Source of the DNA: Candidatus Bathyarchaeia archaeon
GTDB taxonomy: Archaea > Thermoproteota > Bathyarchaeia > Bathyarchaeales > DTEX01
Direction of reading: 5' to 3'
Assembly: GCA_038897035.1 (NCBI GenBank)
Contig: JAWAXF010000003.1
Coordinates: forward strand, 64,064-128,063
DNA length: 64,000 nt
The notes beneath the pieces are model-generated. The model did not search any database. It saw only the letters and a program-made list of their open reading frames with translations, and was not told the origin of the DNA. The position numbers and the translations under genes are program-made. Below are positions 38,204-47,954 of the stretch, piece after piece (position 1 is the stretch's first letter; each line of letters starts with the position of its first letter).

Positions 38204-39925
38204 ATGCTCGTGATTGCCGAAAAACCCTCTGTCGCAAAGAATATTAAGATGGCAATAAATCCTCCACCAACGGTTATAGCTTTAAGAGGACATCTTCTAG
38301 AGTTAGACTTTCCAGAAGAGTACTCTAAGTGGAGAAGTATTGATCCGCGGTTGCTTTTTCACGCCCCTGTTAAATGGACTGTAAGAGATTCCGAGACATA
38401 TAGGGAGTTAGCTAAGGCGGTTAGGGAAGCGGGGATATTAGTTCTTGCGACGGATAATGACCCAGAAGGAGAATTGATAGCGTATGAATCTCTACTGACG
38501 GCTAAGGAATTCCTTGGGGCTCTACCAAGGTACTATAGAATGAGGTTTAACACAGTCACACCGAGCGAGCTTAGACGTGCTTGGAAGAGCCTTGAGTCTG
38601 ACCTAAAGTGGAACTGGGTTTGGAAGGCTTTACTTCGCCAAAAATTTGACTTGATAACTGGCGCTGCATATACTAGGCTTTTAACTCTCTCTAAAAAGCT
38701 GAATAACAGTGATGGCGTTATTTCCTGGGGTTCATGCCAGATACCGACGCTCTGGTTTGTCTATCAGAGGGAGATGGATATCAGAAACTTTAAGCCCGAA
38801 AAATACTACGTTCTATCAGCCATTCTAGATGCTAATGGCGTTAAAGTTAAGGTTTCCTCTGAGCCAATCAGGGATGCTAACGGAGCAAAGGAAATCTACG
38901 CCCTAGCCAAGACGGCTAAATATGCTCTGGTCGCTGGTTTTCAGCTGCAGGATGAGATTGAATCCAAGCCGCTTCCAACCGACACGGATTCGATGCTCCA
39001 AGATCTCTCTAAAATCATGGGTTTAAGCGCCGCTAGAATAATGGCTTTAGCCGAGTCCCTCTACGGCGACGGCTACATAAGTTACCCTAGAACCGAGACA
39101 AATATGTGGCTAACTGTTGATCATAAATCGATACTAGCGATGATGTCTCAAACGCTCCTAGGCAAGTATGTCAATATGCTAAATTATAGCCCCAGAGATG
39201 GTAAGAAGAACGATGGGGCGCACCCACCGATATACCCGACAGCGTACTACCAATGGTTGGACGATAGAGGTAAGGTTTGGGAATATATTGCTAGACGGTA
39301 TCTAGCTAACGTGATCGGTAAAGACGCTCTCTTAAAGAGATGGAAATTACAGGTTAATGTAAATGGCTTAAAGTTGAGCGCCACGGGAAGATACTTTGTC
39401 AACGAGGGCTTCTATCAAGTATTTCCATATTTTAAGCCCAAAGATACCCTCTGGATTCCGCAACTGCGTGCTGGTGATAAATTACTGGTCGTTGAGGTCA
39501 ATCTTGAGGAGAAGAGGACTAAACCCCCACCACGTCTAACAGAGTCTGAGCTGCTTAGGCTTCTGGAGCAGCACTCCATTGGCACGGATGCTACAAGAGC
39601 AGATTACCCGCAGATTATTATTGAGAGGGGCTATGCTGAGAAGAAACGTAAGTCCTTCTACCTAAGCAGCCTAGGCGAGATACTGATAAACCTCTTAAAA
39701 GATGTAGATGAGCGGCTTGTCACGCCAGACACAAGGCGATATGTTGAGCAGCTAATGGCCGAGGTTGAGGTGGGAAAGATAAGCGTAGAAAGTGCCCTTA
39801 AAGAGGCCATAAATATCTATGAGAGCCTCTTTGAGAAGGTCTCAATTAAGCTAAAAACCATGAAGGACATATCTAGTGAGAAAGAATCGAAATGCCCCGG
39901 CACCCGGGAAAAGTTTAATACTTAA
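38204..39925 (+). CDS. topA: DNA topoisomerase, type IA (short form, no zinc-finger tail)
   Basis: Toprim N-terminus (VIAEKPS, ATDNDPEGE) and active-site Tyr motif GYISYPRTETN. Confidence 0.85.
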   Translation: MLVIAEKPSVAKNIKMAINPPPTVIALRGHLLELDFPEEYSKWRSIDPRLLFHAPVKWTVRDSETYRELAKAVREAGILVLATDNDPEGELIAYESLLTAKEFLGALPRYYRMRFNTVTPSELRRAWKSLESDLKWNWVWKALLRQKFDLITGAAYTRLLTLSKKLNNSDGVISWGSCQIPTLWFVYQREMDIRNFKPEKYYVLSAILDANGVKVKVSSEPIRDANGAKEIYALAKTAKYALVAGFQLQDEIESKPLPTDTDSMLQDLSKIMGLSAARIMALAESLYGDGYISYPRTETNMWLTVDHKSILAMMSQTLLGKYVNMLNYSPRDGKKNDGAHPPIYPTAYYQWLDDRGKVWEYIARRYLANVIGKDALLKRWKLQVNVNGLKLSATGRYFVNEGFYQVFPYFKPKDTLWIPQLRAGDKLLVVEVNLEEKRTKPPPRLTESELLRLLEQHSIGTDATRADYPQIIIERGYAEKKRKSFYLSSLGEILINLLKDVDERLVTPDTRRYVEQLMAEVEVGKISVESALKEAINIYESLFEKVSIKLKTMKDISSEKESKCPGTREKFNT

Positions 39926-39957
39926 TAGAAATTTTAGAGGTTTCTGGAGGTGGAAGA

Positions 39958-40713
39958 TTGAGTAGTAATAGCAATGTTAAAATTGTTGAGGTTAGGGACA
40001 TCCCCGAGGGCATTAGAATTATTTGTGGTCTGCCAGACGTTGGCTTAGTGGGAGTTATTGCGGTAGCGCATATAATTTCAAAGATGAATCTTAGAGAGGT
40101 AGCCTATATAGAGACAGATCTGCTTCCACCAGTGGTTATACTTGAAAATGGTCTGCCAAAGTCGCCAATAAGGATCTTTGAAGGCGGAGGAGTCGCTGTT
40201 CTAAGTTCTGAGATAGCGATCCCTTTAGATGCAATTTACTTATTGATGAGGAACGTTGTTGACTGGGCCTTAAAGAAAAAAGCTGAAAAAATCTTCATTC
40301 TGAGCGGACTGCCAGTTCCAAATAGACATGAGCTTGAAGAAATAAGGATTTTTGGAGCCGCATCTAACGATGCTATGCTGAAAGTCTTAAAGGATAACGA
40401 GATTGAGATTATTGAGAGAGGCTTTCTGGTAGGTCCTCAGGCGCTAATATTAAAGTATTGCGTGGAGAGGAGTATACCAGCAATAGCATTGTTGGCTGAA
40501 ACATTCTACAATTATCCTGACCCAGAAGCCTCGTCAGCAGTGATAAAGGCGCTCAACAGAATAATGAATATGAATATCGATGTATCAGAGCTGGTGGAAA
40601 GGGGGGAGGAGGTCCGCTTAGCCATGAGAGATATGATGCGGAGAACTCAAGCTGAACTTACGCGGATGAAGAAGTCACAAGAATATGATATCCCAAGCTT
40701 CTATATTAGGTAG
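39958..40713 (+). CDS. PAC2-family proteasome assembly chaperone
   Basis: TTG start. GLPDVGLVG motif and a ~250-aa ATP-grasp-like PAC2 pattern. Confidence 0.7.
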   Translation: MSSNSNVKIVEVRDIPEGIRIICGLPDVGLVGVIAVAHIISKMNLREVAYIETDLLPPVVILENGLPKSPIRIFEGGGVAVLSSEIAIPLDAIYLLMRNVVDWALKKKAEKIFILSGLPVPNRHELEEIRIFGAASNDAMLKVLKDNEIEIIERGFLVGPQALILKYCVERSIPAIALLAETFYNYPDPEASSAVIKALNRIMNMNIDVSELVERGEEVRLAMRDMMRRTQAELTRMKKSQEYDIPSFYIR

Positions 40714-40715
40714 TT

Positions 40716-41210
40716 TTGGAGGGGGAGTATGTGAGTGCGAGAAGGAGAAGAAGATCTATATTTGATTTTGTTCGCGAATATGTTGAAGAAATCGAGTCTT
40801 TGACCGATGAGATTATTGAGAGGTTTATGGAAAAGCCTAGCTGGGATACTAGTTCACAGACGCTTGAACCATTATGTGACGTATATGTTAGCCATGAGAA
40901 AGTTATTGTAACCGCTGATTTACCTAAGGCCGACCCAGAAAGCATAAGGATAAGCAGCATAAGGGATGACCTCATCGAGATTACTGCGAAAATGAGAGTG
41001 AAGGTGAGATTTGAGGATCTAGGTGTGACTCATAGGAGGGGGGAGTTCACATGCTTCTGTTGTAGGGTACCACTACCGGTTCCGGTTGATATCAGTAAAG
41101 CGAAAGCCAGGTTTGTTAAGGGTATACTGGAGATAACGCTTCCAAGAAAGAGGGGCAGTGAGATTAAGGTGGAGGAAGAAGAAAAGGGTTATGAAATTAA
41201 GGTAGAATAG
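40716..41210 (+). CDS. hsp20: Small heat-shock protein (Hsp20/alpha-crystallin)
   Basis: DVYVSHEKVIVTADLPKADPESIRI...KARFVKGILEITLPRK alpha-crystallin domain. Confidence 0.8.
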   Translation: MEGEYVSARRRRRSIFDFVREYVEEIESLTDEIIERFMEKPSWDTSSQTLEPLCDVYVSHEKVIVTADLPKADPESIRISSIRDDLIEITAKMRVKVRFEDLGVTHRRGEFTCFCCRVPLPVPVDISKAKARFVKGILEITLPRKRGSEIKVEEEEKGYEIKVE

Positions 41211-41863
41211 TTCCCCCTTTCAGAGAACCCTAACGACCTGAATTAATAAGATAAGATCTCTAATCTTAGTTATTTAACGGCGCCTTGCGTGAGTTCAAAC
41301 TTATGGGTGGGGCCATCCTCTTAGAGGAAAGGGCTAGAACTGAAAGCCTCCTAACTAAGATGATGGAAGAGACTCTAGACGCGTTCTGAAGCGTCTTAGT
41401 TCTGAAGCACAGAGAAGTAGGGTGCCTAAAAGACTCCATAGATTAGCTCTTACAAACGATCAGGTTACTGTTCAACTGTTTAGTATGAACATATGGGATC
41501 GCTTCGAAAAGCCGATCTTAACGCCTTCCCAAATCGAGAGATTAATAAGTTATTGTTAAAGGTAGTTTAGCCTACGAGGGGGCATGCGATGCCATTAGAC
41601 AGATCCTAGTAGCGCACTTCCTAAGCTCCGGTAGGCTGAGACGCAGCTCGATAGAAAGGCCGAGATAGAGCTAATGTCTAGGCGCCTCCAATGTAGATCA
41701 TGGGGTAGAACCGCAAACACGGTTAAAACTCGGCCAATAGACTTAAAATCCGAATTAAGGCTGTATGCAGGTAAGCTAATTGAATATTATATGGAAATGG
41801 TAGGAATTTCTCCTAAAAAAATAATTAGTGCAATAATAATATTTTTAACTTAATGGAATACCC

Positions 41864-42454
41864 CTATCTTGGTTTGCATATGATCTCCTTAATTTTCCTT
41901 CTCTCCTCCTTCTTACCGAAGATTGTTTCTAGCTCAAGGAAATCCTTGCTTTTCATTGCCTCGATAACTATTGCGGTGTCTGCTCCTCCTCCCTTCTCAT
42001 AACCAAGTCTACCGGTTCCCCCAACAGCGATAACCTCTTCCTTTGGCTTTACAAAACCCATCTCCGTCGCAACTAATGCAACTTCAACACAAACCTTAAG
42101 CCCCTCACAGAACCTGCGCAGGGTATCCTGAACAACTTCTGGGAACTCATATTTGACATCCGAGGCATAACAGAAATTATGCCCCATCTGTTCTATTCTT
42201 CGTCGCAGGTCTTCTGGAAAACCTGGAAATTGAGGACCGCTTATGCTTACGATGGTTAACTTAATGTCGGTATCCTTAAAGATTTCTAAGGCTCTTTCAG
42301 CGGTGAACCCTGCTATGGAGGCCACAATAACATTTTTTATGCCCCTTTTTTGAGCTCTTTCCTTGGCTAATTTAAGTGTATGATCAGTATTATGCCTTCC
42401 GCCAGACTCAAAATAAACAATCTTCTCTACACTTATGCTGGCCAACTTCACCAC
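41864..42454 (-). CDS. Pyruvate kinase C-terminal (alpha/beta)-domain-like protein
   Basis: IVYFESGGRHNTDHTLKLAKERAQKRGIKNVIVAS...GGGADTAIVIEA...EIICKPR matches the stand-alone PK_C-like family pattern as I recall it. Confidence 0.55.
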   Translation of the reverse strand: MVKLASISVEKIVYFESGGRHNTDHTLKLAKERAQKRGIKNVIVASIAGFTAERALEIFKDTDIKLTIVSISGPQFPGFPEDLRRRIEQMGHNFCYASDVKYEFPEVVQDTLRRFCEGLKVCVEVALVATEMGFVKPKEEVIAVGGTGRLGYEKGGGADTAIVIEAMKSKDFLELETIFGKKEERRKIKEIICKPR

Positions 42455-42616
42455 CCCGAGCTAAATGTAATTATTGTAATTATTATTAATAACATTAACA
42501 TTAATTTAAGAATTTAGGCATCATTAGGGCGTGCTAATTAGTTTAGTTATGATATAATATGATCAATTGATCTTAGAGCATTGGTGTAAACTGGATGCGT
42601 GTAATTTTCCATAAAA

Positions 42617-42659
42617 TCGACTCTAATTCAATGAAAAGAAAAATTAATTTTAGAGTCGA
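42617..42659. promoter_or_regulatory. 10-bp perfect inverted repeat with 23-nt spacer
   Basis: TCGACTCTAA (42617-42626) and TTAGAGTCGA (42650-42659), in the divergent intergenic region. Confidence 0.4.
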
Positions 42660-42785
42660 AACGGTGTTAATAAAACAAAAGATAGTCTCTAGATCTGGAA
42701 AAACTACACATTCAATGTAATATACTTCGCACATTTTTGCTTAAGAAGGCTACTCATCCCGTAAATTTGTAAATGTTTTTAAGAC

Positions 42786-42806
42786 ATTATTGAGAATCTC
42801 AATAAT
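42786..42806. promoter_or_regulatory. 21-bp perfect palindrome (candidate operator)
   Basis: ATTATTGAGAATCTCAATAAT ends 19 nt upstream of the ATG at 42825. Confidence 0.45.
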
Positions 42807-42824
42807 TAAGGGGAATGAAAATTT

Positions 42825-43925
42825 ATGTCTATAGTGTTTTTCGGCGTCCCTTTAGATCCTGATGACAGGTATGAAAGATGCCTCATTAAACGTGCATATA
42901 TTTATGCTCTTATTGGAGGACATGTTCCAACGCCAAACTTTCTCACACCATATGAGGCGCTCATGCATTACCTACAAGAAATCTTTGCGAACCCAAAATT
43001 TGTTAGGTTAGGTGAGTTACCCGTGGACTCATGGCTCACACCTAAGCCAAGTTTTAAAGATCTCTCTTTAATAAACCCTGAGTCGTATTCCGCTTTTCTA
43101 GCAGCTGGTTGCTGTAGGGATTATGCAGAAATGGTTAACCTTTTTGTTAAAAGGAAAGTTCTTCCAAACAAATTTGTGATGATAGGTGTCGATCACTCCT
43201 CTACAGGTGGATGCCTAAAAGCTCTCTCAAGTTTTTATGGTATAGAAAACTTGGGTGTAATTATACTTGATTCCCATTTCGACGCCTTGCCCATAAGACT
43301 TAGAAAAAGTCTCTTCTCGTATTTTAAAGGGCATAATATCCCCACACTTATGCCTTACGCCAACAATGTTGAGGATGTCTTAGAATTAGACACCCCCGAA
43401 ACTTATAATAGCGGGAGCTTTCTCCGGTACTTGTTAGAGGAGAGAATCATTCTTCCCGAAAATACTATAATAGTTGGACCAGCAGATTATCCAGGTGAAG
43501 AGCTTGAAAAAATAGAGGATGAGAGCGTTAAAAAGTGGATTAATGAATATAGGCAATTTGAGAAGGAAGGCGTAACCATTTTACCACGTGTTAGATTAAG
43601 AAAAGAGGGAACAGGTCCCTTAAAGGCATTTTTAAGTAATCTAAGAGCACCCTATATTTATATATCTTTAGATATAGATGTAATGTCCTTTGAAGGGGTT
43701 TACGCTGCTAGAATATTAAACACGAGAGGGTTAGAACCAGAGGAAGTTTATAAAATACTTGAAATAGTCAGAGAATATATTATCCAGGAAGGAATTGATC
43801 TAATTGGCTTTGACTTAATGGAGATCGATGTTCACACAGCTAATGCCCATTTAAAGAATGGAACAGTTGACAGAACCTACGAAATATCCAAAATAATTAT
43901 AAAGAAGATAATAGACGTCATGTAG
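42825..43925 (+). CDS. Arginase/ureohydrolase-fold metallohydrolase, divergent
   Basis: FFGVPLD, GVDHSSTGG, ILDSHFDA, SLDIDV and DLMEIDV correspond to the binuclear-Mn ligand motifs (GGDHS, DAHxD, SxDxD, E-x-N/D). It has long insertions and an unknown substrate. Confidence 0.65.
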   Translation: MSIVFFGVPLDPDDRYERCLIKRAYIYALIGGHVPTPNFLTPYEALMHYLQEIFANPKFVRLGELPVDSWLTPKPSFKDLSLINPESYSAFLAAGCCRDYAEMVNLFVKRKVLPNKFVMIGVDHSSTGGCLKALSSFYGIENLGVIILDSHFDALPIRLRKSLFSYFKGHNIPTLMPYANNVEDVLELDTPETYNSGSFLRYLLEERIILPENTIIVGPADYPGEELEKIEDESVKKWINEYRQFEKEGVTILPRVRLRKEGTGPLKAFLSNLRAPYIYISLDIDVMSFEGVYAARILNTRGLEPEEVYKILEIVREYIIQEGIDLIGFDLMEIDVHTANAHLKNGTVDRTYEISKIIIKKIIDVM

Positions 43926-44016
43926 CATATTCTGTTAAAATTGACTGATTGCTTCAAAAAAATTTAAAGGGTAGTAGACTTTAGCTTCTACAACATAAGA
44001 GAGCTGGTGAAGTCAA

Positions 44017-44658
44017 TTGTCTTTAGACGAGCTTATTGAAACATTTGTTAATCTTGAGGAGGAAAGGGTGCTTAAGATTGTTAAGAGACTAATTGAGGAG
44101 GGTAAAGATCCATCTGAGATCTTTGAAGCATGTAGAAGAGCGGCAGAATTTATTGGAGAAAAATTTGAAAATGGAGAATACTTCCTCTCCGAGCTAGTAT
44201 ATGCAGGCGAGATCTTCAATAACATTATGAAAGTTGTTCTTCCGCTAATCAGAAGGGAGATTAAACCAGCGGGCACAATACTTTTAGGTACTGTTCAGGG
44301 AGACATACATGATATAGGCAAGAATATCTTTAAGGTGTTTGCAGAAGCGGCTGGCTTTAAAGTCATAGATATTGGCGTTGATGTCCCTCCAGAGAAATTT
44401 GTGGAAGCCGTAAAGGCATATAATCCTGATATTGTCGGAATGAGTGGGCTTTTAACTATAGCTTATGATGCGATGAAGAGGACTGTTGAATCTCTAAAAG
44501 AGGCAGGCTTGAGAGATAAAGTAAAGGTAATAATTGGAGGAGGCAGGGTAAACGAGGATATAAAAAGGTATACAGGGGCGGATGAATGGGCTGATAATGC
44601 GGTAATTGGCGTAAAGAAGTGTAAGCAGATGTTGGGACTAGGGGATAAGATAACATGA
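44017..44658 (+). CDS. Corrinoid (B12-binding) methyl-carrier protein, MtaC/MtbC-like
   Basis: TTG start. N-terminal helical cap domain, then GTVQGDIHDIGKNI (DxHxxG), MSGLLT (SxL) and IIGGG. Confidence 0.85.
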   Translation: MSLDELIETFVNLEEERVLKIVKRLIEEGKDPSEIFEACRRAAEFIGEKFENGEYFLSELVYAGEIFNNIMKVVLPLIRREIKPAGTILLGTVQGDIHDIGKNIFKVFAEAAGFKVIDIGVDVPPEKFVEAVKAYNPDIVGMSGLLTIAYDAMKRTVESLKEAGLRDKVKVIIGGGRVNEDIKRYTGADEWADNAVIGVKKCKQMLGLGDKIT

Positions 44659-45899
44659 GCGCCATGAAGGAGGTCAAACCAAAAAGTCCTGAGGAACTAG
44701 TAAGAGAGAGAAGGGAAAGAATAGAAAAAGCTATAGAGTTAAAAGAGCCCGACAAAGTACCCTTGGCATTATTTTCTAGCGGCGATGTCTTACGCAAATA
44801 TGTTACTGGCCACGAACTTTACTTCAATTACGAGAAGGCACGTGAAGCAGCCGTAAAATTTGTTACAAATTATCAAGTAGACATGTTTTCACCAATTTTA
44901 GGAGCTGAAGGCTTCATTTTTGCGTTAGCCTTCGCTGAGTACCCGGATATAGCTCCTGCTGTTAGAGTTTGGACTGGACCGATGCATGATATTCTTAAGG
45001 ATAAATTCGCGAAGTGGCCTGGCAGGGAACTTCCTGAGGACAGCATCCTTCAGTTTATTGGCGGGCAATTTATGGATGCAAAAGAGTATGCCAACCTCCC
45101 TGAGGATCCGATAACCTTTATAAACGAAGTTATTCTTCCAAGGTCATGCATAAACCTGGAGAAAATTGGGTCGCCGAAAGCTAATGCTGCGTTGGTTAAG
45201 CTTGGGGCTGAGGCAGCCAGAGCTCGTAATTTCTTAGTAAATCTTGCCATGGATTTGGCTAGGGTTGGGGTACCTTCCTTGCCTTTGACGTATGCCTATG
45301 CTCCGTTAGACTGTATAGGAGATTTTCTTAGAACCCCAACTGGTATCCTAATAGACATAAGGAGGCATCCAGATGATGTTAAGCGTGCATGTGAGGCTCT
45401 TGTGGAGCCGATAATTAAAGTCGCATTTGCTCTAAAGTCGGCTGGAGCGAAATATGCATCTATACCATTACACCTCAATGAATATTTATCTCCCAAGTTG
45501 TATAACGAGTTTTATTGGTCGACCCTTAAAAAGATTATAGTGGCCTTATATGAGCAAGGGATAAAATCGCTTGTATTTTTTGAGGGATGGCACGATGCTC
45601 ACCTTGAAACAATATTAGATTTACCTAAAGGGTGGGGCATAGCGAGATTTGAAAAGACGGATGTAAGGAAGGCTAAAAGAGTCCTGGCTGGGCACACTTG
45701 TATAATGGGAGGGGTTCCCTCATCATTACTGCTTGGAGCGACTCCAAGCAAAATTAGTGAATATATAAAAACTCTTCTAAAGGAAATGAAACTTGAAGGA
45801 GGATTTATACTAGCAAATGATGTTGACATTCCAAAAAATGTTCCGCCAGAAAATTTAAAAGCGTTAATAGAGGCGGTGGAAAAAGAGGGAAGGTACTAA
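44655..45899 (+). CDS. UroD/MtaA-superfamily corrinoid-dependent methyltransferase
   Basis: ATGA overlap with the corrinoid protein. N-terminal EPDKVPL and C-terminal GGVPSSLLLGATPSKI...GGFILANDVDIPKNVPPENLKALIEAV parallel the MtaA pattern (DKVP...GNVS...P.EN.KALV). At 414 aa it is longer than typical MtaA. Confidence 0.7.
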   Translation: MSAMKEVKPKSPEELVRERRERIEKAIELKEPDKVPLALFSSGDVLRKYVTGHELYFNYEKAREAAVKFVTNYQVDMFSPILGAEGFIFALAFAEYPDIAPAVRVWTGPMHDILKDKFAKWPGRELPEDSILQFIGGQFMDAKEYANLPEDPITFINEVILPRSCINLEKIGSPKANAALVKLGAEAARARNFLVNLAMDLARVGVPSLPLTYAYAPLDCIGDFLRTPTGILIDIRRHPDDVKRACEALVEPIIKVAFALKSAGAKYASIPLHLNEYLSPKLYNEFYWSTLKKIIVALYEQGIKSLVFFEGWHDAHLETILDLPKGWGIARFEKTDVRKAKRVLAGHTCIMGGVPSSLLLGATPSKISEYIKTLLKEMKLEGGFILANDVDIPKNVPPENLKALIEAVEKEGRY

Positions 45900-45991
45900 T
45901 AGGCTGGTTAAAATTCATTTAAACCTTCAACGACTCATGCTACGTTAAACTTATAAATAGATTTAAAGAAAAGGGGATTCCATCTTTCTTG

Positions 45992-46774
45992 TTATGTGCC
46001 CTTGAATATCGGTTTTCTCTTTTCCAGAAAAGCAGCTACTCCCTCTCTAAAGTCTTCCGTAGTGGAGATTAAGGCTATGAGCGCAGCCTCGTATGCTAGC
46101 CCGGTTCTTATATCTAAGTTAAGGCTTGAATTAATTAGCAGCTTAGCAAGAGCCAACGCAAGTGGAGGTTTACTTATTATTTCTCTTGCGATTTCCTCAG
46201 CAGTCGTCATAAGCTTGTCTAATGGTACAACTTTATTGACGAGCCCCATATCCCCCGCCGTCTTCGCATCGATCATCCTACCGGTAAAAATAAGCTCTTT
46301 TGCAACTGCTTTACCAACTAGCTTAGGTAAACGTTGAGTGCCACCGCCACCTGGGAAGAATCCGAGATTTACTTCTGGCTGGCCGAGCATCGCGTTCTCA
46401 GATGCTATGCGTATATCGCATGCTAACGCAATCTCAAAACCACCTCCAAGAGCATAACCATTAATTGCCGCTATAGCGGGCTTGCTACCCTCCTCTATAG
46501 ATAATGTTATCTCCTGTAACAGCCTGACGGCTCTAAACATTCTGATTGGGCTTGCGTCCTTAATAGATTTAAGATCTAGACCGGCGCAAAATGCTCTATT
46601 TCCAGCACCAGTAATTATTATTGCTCTGACATTATCATCTTTATTCGCATCATTTACCTCAGAAAGGATTTCGAGCATCGTCTCTTCGTTTAAGGCATTA
46701 AGCACCTCTTGACGATTTATGGTTATAATCGCTACATTATCCCTTTTCTCGTAAAAAGTGTTTTTTAATTCCAT
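45992..46774 (-). CDS. Enoyl-CoA hydratase (crotonase family)
   Basis: GAGNRAFCAGLDL and INGYALGGGFEIALACD oxyanion-hole motifs. Confidence 0.88.
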   Translation of the reverse strand: MELKNTFYEKRDNVAIITINRQEVLNALNEETMLEILSEVNDANKDDNVRAIIITGAGNRAFCAGLDLKSIKDASPIRMFRAVRLLQEITLSIEEGSKPAIAAINGYALGGGFEIALACDIRIASENAMLGQPEVNLGFFPGGGGTQRLPKLVGKAVAKELIFTGRMIDAKTAGDMGLVNKVVPLDKLMTTAEEIAREIISKPPLALALAKLLINSSLNLDIRTGLAYEAALIALISTTEDFREGVAAFLEKRKPIFKGT

Positions 46775-46786
46775 GAAACGTTCCCT

Positions 46787-47659
46787 CTAAGTAATCTGAG
46801 ACCACTCATAGAAACCTTTACCAGTTTTTTTACCAAGGAAGCCAGCTCTAATCATTTGCCTTAAGAGCGGGCTCGGCCGGAACTTAGGATCCAATTCGCC
46901 TTCTAAGACTTCAAGTATTGCTAGGGCCGTATCTAAGCCAATATAATCTAATAGCTTTAATGGCCCCATCGGCCAGTTTAATCCGAGCTCACATGCCTTA
47001 TCTATATCATCTCTTTCAGCAACCCCTTCCCAAAGAATATGTAGAGCCTCATTTAATGCTGCCATAAGTATCCTATTAACTATGAAGCCAACGCAATCTT
47101 TCTTGACGATCACGGGCTCCTTTCCCATCCTTCTGGCAGCCTCAGCAACGGTATTTATTGTCTCGTCCGACGTTCTTGCGCCTCGAATTATTTCTACAAG
47201 CCTCATTATTTGGGGCGGGTTAAAGAAGTGCATCCCGCAGAATCTTTCAGGCCTACTTATTGACGAGGCGAGTTCCGTTATACTTAGCGAAGAAGTATTC
47301 GTGGCGAGTATAGCTTCCGGCTTAGCAATTCTATCAACTTGAGAGAATATATTCTTCTTTGACTGAATGTCTTCAGCAATTGTCTCAATTATTAGATCTG
47401 CATCAAAAATAGCCTTATCTAAATCTGAAAGTGGTATGACGCGTATTCTATTTAAGGTCTCCTTAATTTGATCCTCAGTTAATAAGCCCTTTTTATGGAA
47501 CTTCTGCAAGCTATCTTTTATCATTGCCATTGCTTTATCGAGAGTTGATGGACTCCTGCTTAACATAACTACATCGAATTTTGCTACTTGAGCAGCCACT
47601 TGGGCTATACCATGTCCCATTAAACCAGCTCCAATAACAGCCACCTTTTTAATCTCCAA
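46787..47659 (-). CDS. hbd: 3-hydroxyacyl/3-hydroxybutyryl-CoA dehydrogenase
   Basis: VIGAGLMGHGIA Rossmann motif, NTSSLS, HFFNP and a C-terminal dimerisation domain. Confidence 0.88.
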   Translation of the reverse strand: MEIKKVAVIGAGLMGHGIAQVAAQVAKFDVVMLSRSPSTLDKAMAMIKDSLQKFHKKGLLTEDQIKETLNRIRVIPLSDLDKAIFDADLIIETIAEDIQSKKNIFSQVDRIAKPEAILATNTSSLSITELASSISRPERFCGMHFFNPPQIMRLVEIIRGARTSDETINTVAEAARRMGKEPVIVKKDCVGFIVNRILMAALNEALHILWEGVAERDDIDKACELGLNWPMGPLKLLDYIGLDTALAILEVLEGELDPKFRPSPLLRQMIRAGFLGKKTGKGFYEWSQIT

Positions 47660-47954
47660 TGATTACTCCCTCCAGCTTTACTCCACACACGCATAACATT
47701 TATTCATTGTTCTTCTTAAGATTTATTAAAATAAACCGCAAACAAATAAAAACAACACTTGAAGGTTCTAAAGGCTTTTTGGTTTAAAATGGGACTCCTA
47801 AACTCATACGTTTCTTCCAGAAAATAGCTGGTGTAAAGAGTTGCCTAATCCCGCATCTCTAAGGGCTTTCGTTTGAATAGAATTAAATAGCATCCAATTA
47901 CTTTTCATTCCAGAAATAGAGAGGTGAAGGAGTCTCTGTTAGTATCTGTACCAC

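Noticed and set aside
41358-41408. C/D-box sRNA-like pattern (AUGAUGG ... CUGA ... CUGA)
   Set aside because: The C box is imperfect, there is no C' box, and the 19-nt and 12-nt spacings do not fit the archaeal C/D architecture. No terminal stem or kink-turn pairing is evident.
41300-41760. Scattered RNase P RNA-like strings (GAGGAAAG, GCUGAGACGC, AACUCGGCC)
   Set aside because: The region is AT-rich, unlike the GC-rich SRP RNA and tRNA here. One related string (GUAAGAGC) is on the opposite strand, and I could not build P4 or other core helices. This is most likely chance.
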